A stretch of DNA of 61,657 nucleotides. Source: a virus (lineage: Duplodnaviria; Caudoviricetes). A program made the position numbers and the translations under genes. Shown one piece after another: positions 38,007-47,578 of this stretch. Location of the stretch: the IMG/VR virus record IMGVR_UViG_3300009514_000025, positions 1 to 61,657 of that record. One strand, given 5' to 3'. Numbering within the stretch: the stretch's first letter is position 1; every line of letters starts with the position of its first letter. The notes under the pieces were generated by a model, which saw only the letters and a list, made by a program, of their open reading frames with translations, was not told where the DNA came from and made no database searches.

Positions 38007-38945
38007 ATGGATATAAAAACTAAAGAATTTATTAAAAAATCTAAAAAATATCATGGGGAACGTTATGATTATTCTGAAACAATATACGTTCATTCCATGC
38101 AAAAATTAAAAATTCGTTGTACTATACACGGAATATTTGAACTTACACCTAATAATCATTTATCGGGAAGGCAAGGCTGTCAAAAATGTTCTGGTAAATA
38201 CAAACCCAATACAGAAGAATTTATTAAAAAAGCCAGAGAAGTTCACGGTAGTAAATATGAATATGTCCATACAAAATACGGTAAAAATAATCGTACTAAG
38301 GTTATAGTGGGATGTTCCACACATGGTGAATTTCAAATAACTCCTGCTAACCATATTAGTGGTAAAGAAGGATGTCCTGAATGTGCTAAGAAGAAATATG
38401 GTGCATATCATAAAAAGAATACAACACAATTTATAAAAGAATCCAAAATAATTCATGCAGGTAAATATGATTATTCTTTGGTAGAATATACAGGAACGCA
38501 CGATAAAGTTAAGATTATATGTAATATACATGGAACATTTAACCAACGCCCATCATCACATTTACGCGGCGTGGGTTGCCCCAAATGTTCACATATTGAT
38601 TATTGTGGTGGATATGGTAAGAAGCGATTTATAAATCATCCAGAAATTAAAAATAATCCTGCTATATTATATTTAATATATGTAACAGATGAAACTGAAA
38701 ATTTTTTAAAAATAGGAATTACAGAGAAAGATCTTAATACGAGATTTATTAAAAATAATAAGTTGCCTTATACTTTTACTACAAAAATAATAATCGAAGG
38801 AAAATTATACGAATTGTATGAGCTTGAACAAAGAATTAAACATAAATATAAAAAATATAAGTATATTCCAAATAAGAAATTTAATGGATATACGGAATGT
38901 TTTGCTACTAAATGCGCAGACATGTTGTGTGAGGAATTAAAATGA
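38007..38945 (+). CDS. Free-standing putative homing endonuclease (three zinc-ribbon repeats plus GIY-YIG-like domain)
   Basis: Three EFI..HG..Y.Y..C..HG.F..P..H..GC..C repeats; C-terminal LYLI..FLKIGIT..E..GYTECF; very AT-rich. Confidence 0.7.
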   Translation: MDIKTKEFIKKSKKYHGERYDYSETIYVHSMQKLKIRCTIHGIFELTPNNHLSGRQGCQKCSGKYKPNTEEFIKKAREVHGSKYEYVHTKYGKNNRTKVIVGCSTHGEFQITPANHISGKEGCPECAKKKYGAYHKKNTTQFIKESKIIHAGKYDYSLVEYTGTHDKVKIICNIHGTFNQRPSSHLRGVGCPKCSHIDYCGGYGKKRFINHPEIKNNPAILYLIYVTDETENFLKIGITEKDLNTRFIKNNKLPYTFTTKIIIEGKLYELYELEQRIKHKYKKYKYIPNKKFNGYTECFATKCADMLCEELK

Positions 38946-39385
38946 GCACTGAAACGAAAGAAATAGAAGTAGCAATTGAACATCCATTAGAAGAGATATT
39001 CGATGTGGAAGCAGGTACGACTCTTATGCCTCGTACCGAAAAAACTACTGAACTGGTAGCATCAGAAGAGTACGATAACAAAGACAAAGAAATCGAAAAC
39101 CAGTTTCAAGAAGTTTATGATGCTGCACTTTCTGCGTTTGAAGATCAAGTTGCTGAAGCAGAAGTTATTGAGGGGAAGTATAAAGCCCGTAACATGGAAG
39201 TTGGTGTTCAATTATTGAATACTGCCTTGGCAGCAGCAAAAGAAAAATCTGGCTTAAAACAACACAAAGATAAAACAGCTATTGCTAAAGGTAAGCTAGG
39301 AGTAAAAACGACCAACAATACGTTGATTATTGCTGATCGTAATGACATCTTAAGAACAATGATGGGTAATAAAAAAGAAGATTAA
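38942..39385 (+). CDS. Terminase small subunit, gp16-like
   Basis: Helical 147 aa, ARNMEVG.QLL..AL, C-terminal NNTLIIADRNDIL; upstream of the large subunit. Confidence 0.7.
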   Translation: MSTETKEIEVAIEHPLEEIFDVEAGTTLMPRTEKTTELVASEEYDNKDKEIENQFQEVYDAALSAFEDQVAEAEVIEGKYKARNMEVGVQLLNTALAAAKEKSGLKQHKDKTAIAKGKLGVKTTNNTLIIADRNDILRTMMGNKKED

Positions 39386-40692
39386 TCCAATATTTCCATT
39401 GCCACTTCAAAAGCATCAGTAACATTTTCCATCAAATCTACTTCTTTTGTTTCTTCTTTCTTAATTTTTAATTTATTTAACTTTGGTAAATTATCAAATG
39501 TTATTTCAACATAATAATCGCACGGTTCTTTTGTGATTGTAGTTAATGAACCATCTTTTGTAGTGTCTACTTCTTGTTTTTGATTGACATATTTACCATA
39601 ACGACTCATAAATTTAATAACAGGCGCAAATGTATTAGGGTCAATAATAACGCCCGTAGTCATCAATGGGATATATGGTGCATAGAAGTATCCTGCATCT
39701 ATTTCACCATTTCCGCCTTTATAACCAACTATGGCTTTATCTTGCTTAAGACCATAGTCACAGTATATTTTGATCATATCATTCCACGTTCCAAGATATT
39801 TAACATAACCATAATCTTTATCCGTTTCTGATGTTTTTACGAATTTTTTACTATTTTTTAAAATTTCAGCAATTGTTTCGGAAACGATTGCAAAATTGCC
39901 TGCACCTCTTCGGGTTCTTTGTGCAATTCTATTTGCGGCACGATTAATAAGAAATTCGATAGTTTGAATTACATCGTTTGTAATACACATATCATCAGCC
40001 AAATTTTTTGACATATCAAAAGTTTCTTTATGAGCGACAGCACAGATATCATTTCTGATTTCTTCATATATTTCTTGTGCAATTTCATTGCCATAATCTC
40101 TGTCATCTGGAATACCAGTTCCAGATATGTCTTGTTGGGCGACAATCTCCATATTAAGTTTTAATTTTCTACTACTTGCTTCTAATGCAGCTGAATTAAT
40201 TTCAAGGCTTAGTCTTGTTTCTTGATCTTCACCAATTGTATTAACTTTTTCCGTTTTATATTGTAACAAATAAATTAACCCAACTGGACCAGTCATTGGT
40301 TGAATACCAACAAAATGTTTAGCAACTTGTTGATCTATCATGCGTTCTGCAAGAGATTTAAGTATATGATCTTGTGAAATTGTATGTATTGAACTATTGT
40401 TGTGAGCATTGACACTACTGATATGATTTTTCATATTTTCCATCAATGATTGTTTAACCTTATCTACGGATTCAATAGTTGGTGATTCTTTTGTTAAATC
40501 AGCAACGGATAAGACTGTTTCTTCTTCTGAAGATGTGAATCCCGTTTCAGGTACGATATCTTCTAATTCTTTAATGAGTTCACTAAATGTAAACGATTTT
40601 TTTGTCTTTGTCACAATTGAATTTTTATCTTTAGCGCGCAAATCAGCAGCCGGATCTTCCAGCATCATTTTTTTCATTTTTTCGATATCCAT
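39382..40692 (-). CDS. Major capsid protein paralog with AFEVAMEILD C-terminal tag
   Basis: VGIQPMTGPVGLIY, SSRKLK, ANRIAQRTRRGAGNF, VGYKGGNGEIDAGYFYAPYIPL, MSRYGK. Confidence 0.85.
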   Translation of the reverse strand: MDIEKMKKMMLEDPAADLRAKDKNSIVTKTKKSFTFSELIKELEDIVPETGFTSSEEETVLSVADLTKESPTIESVDKVKQSLMENMKNHISSVNAHNNSSIHTISQDHILKSLAERMIDQQVAKHFVGIQPMTGPVGLIYLLQYKTEKVNTIGEDQETRLSLEINSAALEASSRKLKLNMEIVAQQDISGTGIPDDRDYGNEIAQEIYEEIRNDICAVAHKETFDMSKNLADDMCITNDVIQTIEFLINRAANRIAQRTRRGAGNFAIVSETIAEILKNSKKFVKTSETDKDYGYVKYLGTWNDMIKIYCDYGLKQDKAIVGYKGGNGEIDAGYFYAPYIPLMTTGVIIDPNTFAPVIKFMSRYGKYVNQKQEVDTTKDGSLTTITKEPCDYYVEITFDNLPKLNKLKIKKEETKEVDLMENVTDAFEVAMEILD

Positions 40693-40816
40693 GAACTCAT
40701 CCTCTTTTCTTTGTATTTACTATTGAAAAAATTCTACATGCAATAGATTGGTAACCTAAAGATTTGGTATAGTAAATAAAGATATGGAAATAGGATAATA
40801 ATTAAGGAAGATTGTA

Positions 40817-42373
40817 ATGGCGCGCGCAAAGAATAATAACCTAAAGAAACCTGGACAGGAACTTGAATATACACATGAACAGGTGATGGAATTGAAGCGC
40901 TGTGCAGAAGATCCAATCTATTTTATAAAAAAATATGTACAGATTCAACATCCAACAAGAGGCGCTATACCATTTGACCTTTATTCTTATCAGGAAAAAA
41001 TGATAAGGGCATATCAAGATAACCGTTATACGGTTGTTCTTTCTGCACGCCAAACAGGTAAATCTGTTACATCCGCTGCATATCTTCTTTGGTATGCAAT
41101 GTTTCATTTTGATAAAACTATTTTGATTGCATCTAATAAAAACGCAAATGCAATGGAAATGATTCTGCGTATTAGATTCGCGTATGAAAATCTTCCTTTC
41201 TGGTTGAAACCTGGCGTTAAAGACGATGGTTGGAATAAGCACGAAATTGGTTTTGATAATGGTTCTCGTATTGTGTCAACTGCAACATCAGAAGATTCTG
41301 GTCGTGGTATGGCTATTTCACTTTTATTCCTTGATGAATTTGCATTCGTAAAACATGCTATTCAAGATGAATTTTGGACATCTATTGCACCTACATTATC
41401 AACGGGTGGTTCATGTATAATGACATCCACTCCAAATGGTGATATGAACATATACGCACAAGTTTGGCGTGGTTCACAAATGGGTACAAATGGATTTTAT
41501 CCTATACATGTTAAGTGGGATGAGCCACCAGATCGTGATAGCAAATTTAAAGAAGCGGAAATTGGAAGAATCGGTGAAAGACGCTGGCAACAAGAATATG
41601 AATGTGTATTTTTATCATCCGATTCGCTGTTGATCGATTCTTTATTCTTAACAAATATTTCATCAACAATTGAAAAGATCGTTCCTAAGCTTACAGTAAA
41701 TGATGTTGTTTTATTTGAAGATATAAAACCGATGACAACCTATTTGCTTGGAGTTGATCCTGCAACCGGCAATGGTGAAGATTTTAGTGTTATAAGTATA
41801 TATGAATTTCCATCAATGGTTCAAGTTGGCGAATATCGTTCTAATACTATGTCAACAAATGATTTATATGGTGTTATGAAAAATATTCTAAAACACATGG
41901 AATCGAAAGGTGCCATGGTATATTTCTCAATAGAAAATAATGGTGTTGGTCAGGGACTGATCGCATTATATGAAGCAGATGAAGATCCTTTGAACACGGT
42001 TGAATTTATTTCCGAAGATGGTAGAAATAAATTAGGATTTACCACGACTGCTCGTAGTAAAATGCGTGCATGTGTTAACCTGAAGGAAATGCTTGAGAAA
42101 TCTAATATGCATATTCGTTCCAAAATTCTTTTATCTGAATTGAAATCTTATGTTCGACATCGTGGCGCATATGCAGCGCAACCAGGTGCCACAGATGATT
42201 GTATTGCTGCAACACTTATTGTACTTAGACTGGTAGAAGAAATTGCATCATATGAACAAGCTGCTTTTGATAAGCTATATTCTGGTGACTATGATGAATG
42301 GGACTCGTCAGAGTGGGATGGTTATGAAGAAGGTTACGATGATAACGATGAAGGAATGCCAATTTTATTTTAA
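40817..42373 (+). CDS. Terminase large subunit, gp17-like
   Basis: ARQTGKS Walker A, LFLDEFAF Walker B, TSTPNG, GVDPATG, DDCI. Confidence 0.95.
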   Translation: MARAKNNNLKKPGQELEYTHEQVMELKRCAEDPIYFIKKYVQIQHPTRGAIPFDLYSYQEKMIRAYQDNRYTVVLSARQTGKSVTSAAYLLWYAMFHFDKTILIASNKNANAMEMILRIRFAYENLPFWLKPGVKDDGWNKHEIGFDNGSRIVSTATSEDSGRGMAISLLFLDEFAFVKHAIQDEFWTSIAPTLSTGGSCIMTSTPNGDMNIYAQVWRGSQMGTNGFYPIHVKWDEPPDRDSKFKEAEIGRIGERRWQQEYECVFLSSDSLLIDSLFLTNISSTIEKIVPKLTVNDVVLFEDIKPMTTYLLGVDPATGNGEDFSVISIYEFPSMVQVGEYRSNTMSTNDLYGVMKNILKHMESKGAMVYFSIENNGVGQGLIALYEADEDPLNTVEFISEDGRNKLGFTTTARSKMRACVNLKEMLEKSNMHIRSKILLSELKSYVRHRGAYAAQPGATDDCIAATLIVLRLVEEIASYEQAAFDKLYSGDYDEWDSSEWDGYEEGYDDNDEGMPILF

Positions 42374-43003
42374 TTACCTATAATATTGTTTAATAATATC
42401 AGTGCTTCCACCAATATCAATTATAACTGGTTTATTATTATATACGCCCCAATTGGCAACCCGGCCAAAATCTCCTGCGGCGATATCGTAATTGCCAACT
42501 AGATCTACAAAACTGTTTATAGTTTCGTTAGTTTCATATGCTTCTTGAAACTTTTCATCCTCTTCATCGTACCTTCTTTTGCCGGTCATGTGATTTGATA
42601 ATCGTATTAATTCTTTTGGTGTTAAACCATTAAACAGTTTTTTGAATATTGTTGGAGTCATCTTTTCTGCTTTTTCTGTATGAATCCATGTTGGTTGATC
42701 GTGTTCTTCATCATAGTCTATTATTGGAATGGTTATTCCAAGACCAGTAACATAATAATCATTTAAGACTTGTGCTTCATATTCATTCTGAGCCATGCCC
42801 TTGGTATTTTTGGCGATTTTTAATATAGTGGGCCTACCTTCGTATGGGATTTCGAATGCTATCCTTGAAGAACCCGCCCCCATTTTGGCAGCTCGCTGCT
42901 TAGCGTATTCAACCCGCTGTTTAAATGAAACAGTAGGTTTATATACAGATTTGTCCCATTCGGCTGGTAGTGGAACTTCTAATAATAATTCTTTTACTTT
43001 CAT
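42374..43003 (-). CDS. Protein-kinase-like protein
   Basis: GAGSSRIAF Gly-loop, ILKIA Lys, QNEYE, DFGRVANWG catalytic-loop-like segment, PVIIDIG; likely start MKVKELLLE just after ATAAATA at 43012-43018. Confidence 0.6.
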   Translation of the reverse strand: MKVKELLLEVPLPAEWDKSVYKPTVSFKQRVEYAKQRAAKMGAGSSRIAFEIPYEGRPTILKIAKNTKGMAQNEYEAQVLNDYYVTGLGITIPIIDYDEEHDQPTWIHTEKAEKMTPTIFKKLFNGLTPKELIRLSNHMTGKRRYDEEDEKFQEAYETNETINSFVDLVGNYDIAAGDFGRVANWGVYNNKPVIIDIGGSTDIIKQYYR

Positions 43004-43020
43004 GATTATGTTATTTATTA

Positions 43021-43049
43021 TTGACATTATTAAATAGGACTGTTAAACT
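43021..43049 (+). promoter_or_regulatory. sigma70 promoter with extended -10
   Basis: TTGACA, 17 nt spacer, TGt-TAAACT. Confidence 0.7.
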
Positions 43050-43076
43050 ATGGAAATTATTATTTTGGATAAAGAA

Positions 43077-44243
43077 ATGAAAGACTTAAAAACCCTATTC
43101 GTTCAATGGTATTTCAACGAATTTATGGATATTGATCCGTTACATGTTGAAATGTCTAACTTTAGTGAAGATTCCCCATGGCATAGGGAACGAACTATTG
43201 CTGTCCATACCAATATGGTAGTTGGAGAGTTTCTGACGCGTGCAGGGTCTAAAAATGCCGAAAATGAATGGTCTACTAATGATCTATATGGGGCTTTCGC
43301 CTGCGCGTTTCACGATGTTGGAAAACCCGCCGCCCGCACGGAAGTATATAAGCCAGAACGTGGCACATACTACCGTTATGGTGGTCATGAGTTGATTTCT
43401 GCCCGTTTGTGGGAAGATTGGGCTGTTCGTAACTGGAAGTTCTTGGAAGAAGAATTTGATATGACTCCTCATGGAATTTATTCTGTGGGATGGTTAATCG
43501 AAAACCATCTTCCTTGGGATGTAAAGAAGCCAGAAAAGCGCCACCAGCTTGCCTTGGGCGCGAAACACACTGTGCATGATCCTGAGCGTTTTATCAATGT
43601 AGTGAAGGCCGACACATGGGGTCGTATTTCTGATGATGCTACTGAAAAGCGTGGCAAGGTTAACGCTTGGTGTGATGAGTTTCTTCGTTTTTTCAAGGAA
43701 GTTAAGGAAGAATACAAGACACGATATGTGAACCCAGATGCACCTATCATGTATATGCCAATTGCTGCTTCTGGTTCAGGAAAGTCCACACTTTTGAATA
43801 GTGAAAGCATGGACTGTGTATTGGATCGTAATAATATTGATGGTGAACTTTTGCACTTTTCATTGGATAAGCTACGTCATGATTGGTATGATCCTGATGA
43901 TTATCGAAATGCGTTTGCTCTTGCTTGTGAAGACAAGGAATTCAAGAACAAGGCCAATAAGGTATTTGCTGACATGGTGAAAACTGGTCAGTCTATTTAC
44001 CTTGATAATATCAATATTTCTAAGAAGCGACGTGCTGAATATATTCGGCAGGGACATAAGTATGGATATGTTGTATATGCTATCTTGTTACCTGTTGAAT
44101 TACAGACAGTGCTTGATAGACAAGATACGCGTTCTGATAAGTTTGTCCCATTGGATGCGGTAAAGCAGCATTACATGAGTCTTAGCTTGCCGTCATTGGG
44201 CGAAGTTGATCGTATTATCATATACAGTGGTAATCTACCTTAA
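43077..44243 (+). CDS. HD-domain plus P-loop kinase (AAA_33/PNK-like) fusion
   Basis: PWHRE..VHT, FHDVGKP, GHELIS; ASGSGKST, DKLR, LDNIN. Confidence 0.8.
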   Translation: MKDLKTLFVQWYFNEFMDIDPLHVEMSNFSEDSPWHRERTIAVHTNMVVGEFLTRAGSKNAENEWSTNDLYGAFACAFHDVGKPAARTEVYKPERGTYYRYGGHELISARLWEDWAVRNWKFLEEEFDMTPHGIYSVGWLIENHLPWDVKKPEKRHQLALGAKHTVHDPERFINVVKADTWGRISDDATEKRGKVNAWCDEFLRFFKEVKEEYKTRYVNPDAPIMYMPIAASGSGKSTLLNSESMDCVLDRNNIDGELLHFSLDKLRHDWYDPDDYRNAFALACEDKEFKNKANKVFADMVKTGQSIYLDNINISKKRRAEYIRQGHKYGYVVYAILLPVELQTVLDRQDTRSDKFVPLDAVKQHYMSLSLPSLGEVDRIIIYSGNLP

Positions 44244-44268
44244 AAATCCCCGCTTCGGCGGGGATTTT
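44243..44268 (+). terminator. Intrinsic terminator
   Basis: AAAATCCCCGC TTCG GCGGGGATTTT. Confidence 0.85.
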
Positions 44269-44289
44269 CCATGCACGATAAATAGATAC

Positions 44290-44859
44290 ATGGATGAAAA
44301 ATATCAAATTATTCGCGGAAAACGGGTTCTGAATCAGTTAGATGATTTTGAATTGTTTGAGCAATCTACTTATAATGATTTAGAACGAAATGTTCTGAAC
44401 TTTATACCCATTTCAACGAAGCGGCAGCACGCTGTTGATCCTGTTAGAATCAATAGCATTGAATTATTGCCGTTTCTTGGTACCAAAAATCTTAATGTAA
44501 AAACACTCGCAAATAGTGATGGTACTAATTATAGTCCTAAGATTATTTTCAATAATGTCGAGTTCGAGGACGAAGATTCGCCAGATAATATAACTTTCAA
44601 AGCTAAAAATGGAAATGAATATCATGTTAAAGCACTTGATTTAAATCAAAATACGCTTCGTGTTCGCTGTGATTGTCTTGATTTTTATTGGCGGTTTGCT
44701 GCATTTAATGCAAAGGATAAAAGTTTAATTGGTGCTCCACCTAAGCCTTATCAAAGAATTTCAAATCGTGGCCCGGCGAACCCTCAAAAAGTTCCTGGTG
44801 TGTGTAAACATCTTATCGCTGCCGTGAAAGCATTAAAACATTCTGGTATAGTACGTTAG
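44290..44859 (+). CDS. SWIM zinc-finger-like late protein
   Basis: VRCDCLDFYW...GVCKHL; ATAAATA at 44278 favours the MDEKY start. Confidence 0.65.
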   Translation: MDEKYQIIRGKRVLNQLDDFELFEQSTYNDLERNVLNFIPISTKRQHAVDPVRINSIELLPFLGTKNLNVKTLANSDGTNYSPKIIFNNVEFEDEDSPDNITFKAKNGNEYHVKALDLNQNTLRVRCDCLDFYWRFAAFNAKDKSLIGAPPKPYQRISNRGPANPQKVPGVCKHLIAAVKALKHSGIVR

Positions 44860-46046
44860 TGAATAGTCACGTCTTTCTTTTTGAAAGGCTTAGTTGTCAC
44901 AGTTCTTTTCTCTTCGTTAGCACTATTAGATTCTTTAAGAACATTTTTGATATTTTGTTCTTTTGATTCGTCAACTTCTACAAACTTCTTATCTTTAGTA
45001 ATTTTCTTAATAGCGCCAGCTTCTTTTAGTTCTGCTTTTTTATATGGTTCGTGTTTTTTGGACGGCGCGACTTTTTCCTTGATAATATCTTTTATCTTAT
45101 CATCATTAGACTTTTCTACTACAGTTGATTCTTTCTTACCACCTAAGCCAGTTACTGCATGAAGAATTTTTTCTGCTACACTCTTTGCATCTGAATTTTC
45201 GTCTGGTTTTTTATCAATACTTTCCATAGCGACTTTCTTCTTAGTTTCGCTTTCAGGTTTTTCTTCTTTTTTATTTTCAGTATCTTTTTTGCTTTCTTTA
45301 TCAGACTTGGCTGTTTCTTTAACTTTTTTGGTTTCTTTAGTTTCAATTTTTTTCTCGTCTTCTTTAGATTCAACAGAGTTTTCGTCTGTAGCCTTGGGGG
45401 CTACGATTGTAGGCTTTTCGGCTACAGTTTTAGTTTCTTCTTTTTTAGGTTCCGTAGGTTTTACTTTTTTCTCTTCTTTTGCTTTTTTGAAGATGCCTAG
45501 AATTTCGTCATCCAACTTATCGTCGGTTTTTCTTTCAGGTTTTGGAATATCTGTCAAAGTCTTGAACAGTTCTTTACCATCTTTAACTTTAAGTGGCTGC
45601 ATTATAAACTTACGATTAGGTTTAACAACTGGAATTTCTTGTGTCTTAACTTCTTCGTCTTTTAGTGGTTCTTTACTGACCTTGGATGATTTAATAATAT
45701 CATCAAGTTTTGGTTTGCCAGGTGATAATGTAACATTTTCTGGTTTTGACGCATAAACTTCATGCGTTCCAACAACATTCACAGAACCGCGCAATGGTTC
45801 AAAGTAGTATCCATCAACAATTATATCAATATGGAAAGGATAGGCTGTAGTATCAAGCATAGATAATGCAGGAATTTCAACAGACCATTTTCTTTCGCTT
45901 TGTTTTTTAGAATCAAATCCAAGTTCCATTCCGCTGGCTTCGATTATAAATCGTACAGTCATGTCGTTGGTATCAATGCCTTGAACATCCACATCAAATT
46001 CCAATACGTTGTCTTTTTTGTTTGATATTGTTACTAAATTATCCAT
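44856..46046 (-). CDS. Hypothetical protein: beta-rich N-domain plus K/E-rich disordered tail
   Basis: Late promoter at 46068-46074; GGGGA RBS. Confidence 0.65.
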   Translation of the reverse strand: MDNLVTISNKKDNVLEFDVDVQGIDTNDMTVRFIIEASGMELGFDSKKQSERKWSVEIPALSMLDTTAYPFHIDIIVDGYYFEPLRGSVNVVGTHEVYASKPENVTLSPGKPKLDDIIKSSKVSKEPLKDEEVKTQEIPVVKPNRKFIMQPLKVKDGKELFKTLTDIPKPERKTDDKLDDEILGIFKKAKEEKKVKPTEPKKEETKTVAEKPTIVAPKATDENSVESKEDEKKIETKETKKVKETAKSDKESKKDTENKKEEKPESETKKKVAMESIDKKPDENSDAKSVAEKILHAVTGLGGKKESTVVEKSNDDKIKDIIKEKVAPSKKHEPYKKAELKEAGAIKKITKDKKFVEVDESKEQNIKNVLKESNSANEEKRTVTTKPFKKKDVTIH

Positions 46047-46075
46047 TTAAAATCCCCAAATATCTTGTATTTATG

Positions 46076-46525
46076 TTATTTCTTTCTTTTCAGATTATAG
46101 ATAGAAACTTTAATATTATGCAGGACTCTACGTATTTTATTCACGCTAATACGAATTTTTTCTCTTGTTACATTTAATACATTTACTACCGCCACAATTG
46201 TATTTGCGCGTTGTATTGGTACTAAGTATATTTTTTCCATGTGGAAAGTTCCAAAATCCACTTTAATGATGACCTGTTTCTTGGTTTTATATATTTTTGT
46301 AGGATCGTAGACATCTTGAACGGGTTGGAAAAAGTTTGAAACATCATCAAATTTGTTCCAGGCCGCGCCAGGATATGGTCCGCCACCACCGCCTACTGGT
46401 GGTACTACTGGTGGTGGAACCGGCACGCAATATAAAGAGAAATGTGTAGTAATTAATCCTTCGCACGCTTTAAATCCAACACCAAGCCCACCTGTAATAA
46501 TTTTGGTTGTAACTATTCCTGCCAT
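46076..46525 (-). CDS. Hypothetical (virion-associated?) protein
   Basis: AAGGTG RBS; Pro/Gly linker. Confidence 0.6.
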   Translation of the reverse strand: MAGIVTTKIITGGLGVGFKACEGLITTHFSLYCVPVPPPVVPPVGGGGGPYPGAAWNKFDDVSNFFQPVQDVYDPTKIYKTKKQVIIKVDFGTFHMEKIYLVPIQRANTIVAVVNVLNVTREKIRISVNKIRRVLHNIKVSIYNLKRKK

Positions 46526-46533
46526 ATATCACC

Positions 46534-47220
46534 TTATGGTGAACCAGTACATGTTGGTTTTCCATCAGTTGCAGCTGTTGGTTTACGTTCACAGACAGAA
46601 TCTGTACTTAATGTGCCATATTGATCGAATAAGTGGAATACACGTAATACGGTTGTACAGTCATCATCATATACCGTTAACGTTTTAGCAATGTCATCAA
46701 TTTTGGTTCTATTTGTATCAAATTTCAATATTAGGTCAACAACATCTTTTACAGCATCTATGTCAAGAAATAGCTGTGTGGTATCCGCCTTAATCTGATT
46801 TAACGCTAAACCAGTTGAACCAATGCCTAAGTGTTCGGTTCGGTCTTCATCCCAAACACCATCTATGATTGTTTCTTCAAACGGATTGATTTCTGCGCTT
46901 TGATAGCGATCTGTATTTGGTAAAGAGGAACCACCATCAGAACGTACCAAATATTTTTTCATTGGATCATAACCTATTGTATCTGTAAATAAAAAGGTAT
47001 AAAATCCATCTTTTCCCAATGGAGAACCACCATCGTCGATTTCTGACATGATTCCATCTGTAGACTGTCCACTTCCCCCCGGCGCACCAACTATTAATGT
47101 TTGAACAGCACCATTGACTTCCCATATTCTTACCTTGGGATATCCTGGTGTGACTGTAGCAATATCTGTAGCAGGCAACCCATTATTGGCAAAAATACTA
47201 TTAATTTCAATTTGTGCCAT
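46534..47220 (-). CDS. Putative virion protein
   Basis: TATAAATA at 47253-47260 on the minus strand; GGAG RBS before MAQIE; ends in TGSP. Confidence 0.6.
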   Translation of the reverse strand: MAQIEINSIFANNGLPATDIATVTPGYPKVRIWEVNGAVQTLIVGAPGGSGQSTDGIMSEIDDGGSPLGKDGFYTFLFTDTIGYDPMKKYLVRSDGGSSLPNTDRYQSAEINPFEETIIDGVWDEDRTEHLGIGSTGLALNQIKADTTQLFLDIDAVKDVVDLILKFDTNRTKIDDIAKTLTVYDDDCTTVLRVFHLFDQYGTLSTDSVCERKPTAATDGKPTCTGSP

Positions 47221-47323
47221 TCGGCTATTCTCCATTTATTACGTATATCATCTATTTATAAAAATAAATACAGAAACATCGCACCCATAAATATAAGAAA
47301 CACACTTGCAGGAATACGAAATC

Positions 47324-47563
47324 ATGGAAAATTTTTCATTAATCAAGAAATTAGACGAGCAAAAGGATGCAGAACCGTCCCCATTAGCCGAAGGCATTCC
47401 ATATCAGCAATACGAATTGGAGGTAGATGGGAAAGTTCAAGTAGTTAATATTCCTATAAAAGAAATAGACGCGTTTGAAAATACAATAGTAGAAACGAAA
47501 GAACCTCTAACCCGCAAAATATTGAAACGAATTCTTAGAGAACATCGCGGCGTTAGAGGCTAA
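47324..47563 (+). CDS. Hypothetical late protein
   Basis: ATAAATA at 47264 and 47288. Confidence 0.55.
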   Translation: MENFSLIKKLDEQKDAEPSPLAEGIPYQQYELEVDGKVQVVNIPIKEIDAFENTIVETKEPLTRKILKRILREHRGVRG

Positions 47564-47578
47564 TAATAGGGATAACAG

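Noticed and set aside
40817-42373. Intein or intron in the large terminase
   Set aside because: ATPase and nuclease motifs are contiguous within 518 aa with no splicing motifs
44206-44289. Upstream extension of the SWIM-like ORF given in the track
   Set aside because: It crosses the terminator hairpin and the late promoter; the ATG at 44290 is more plausible
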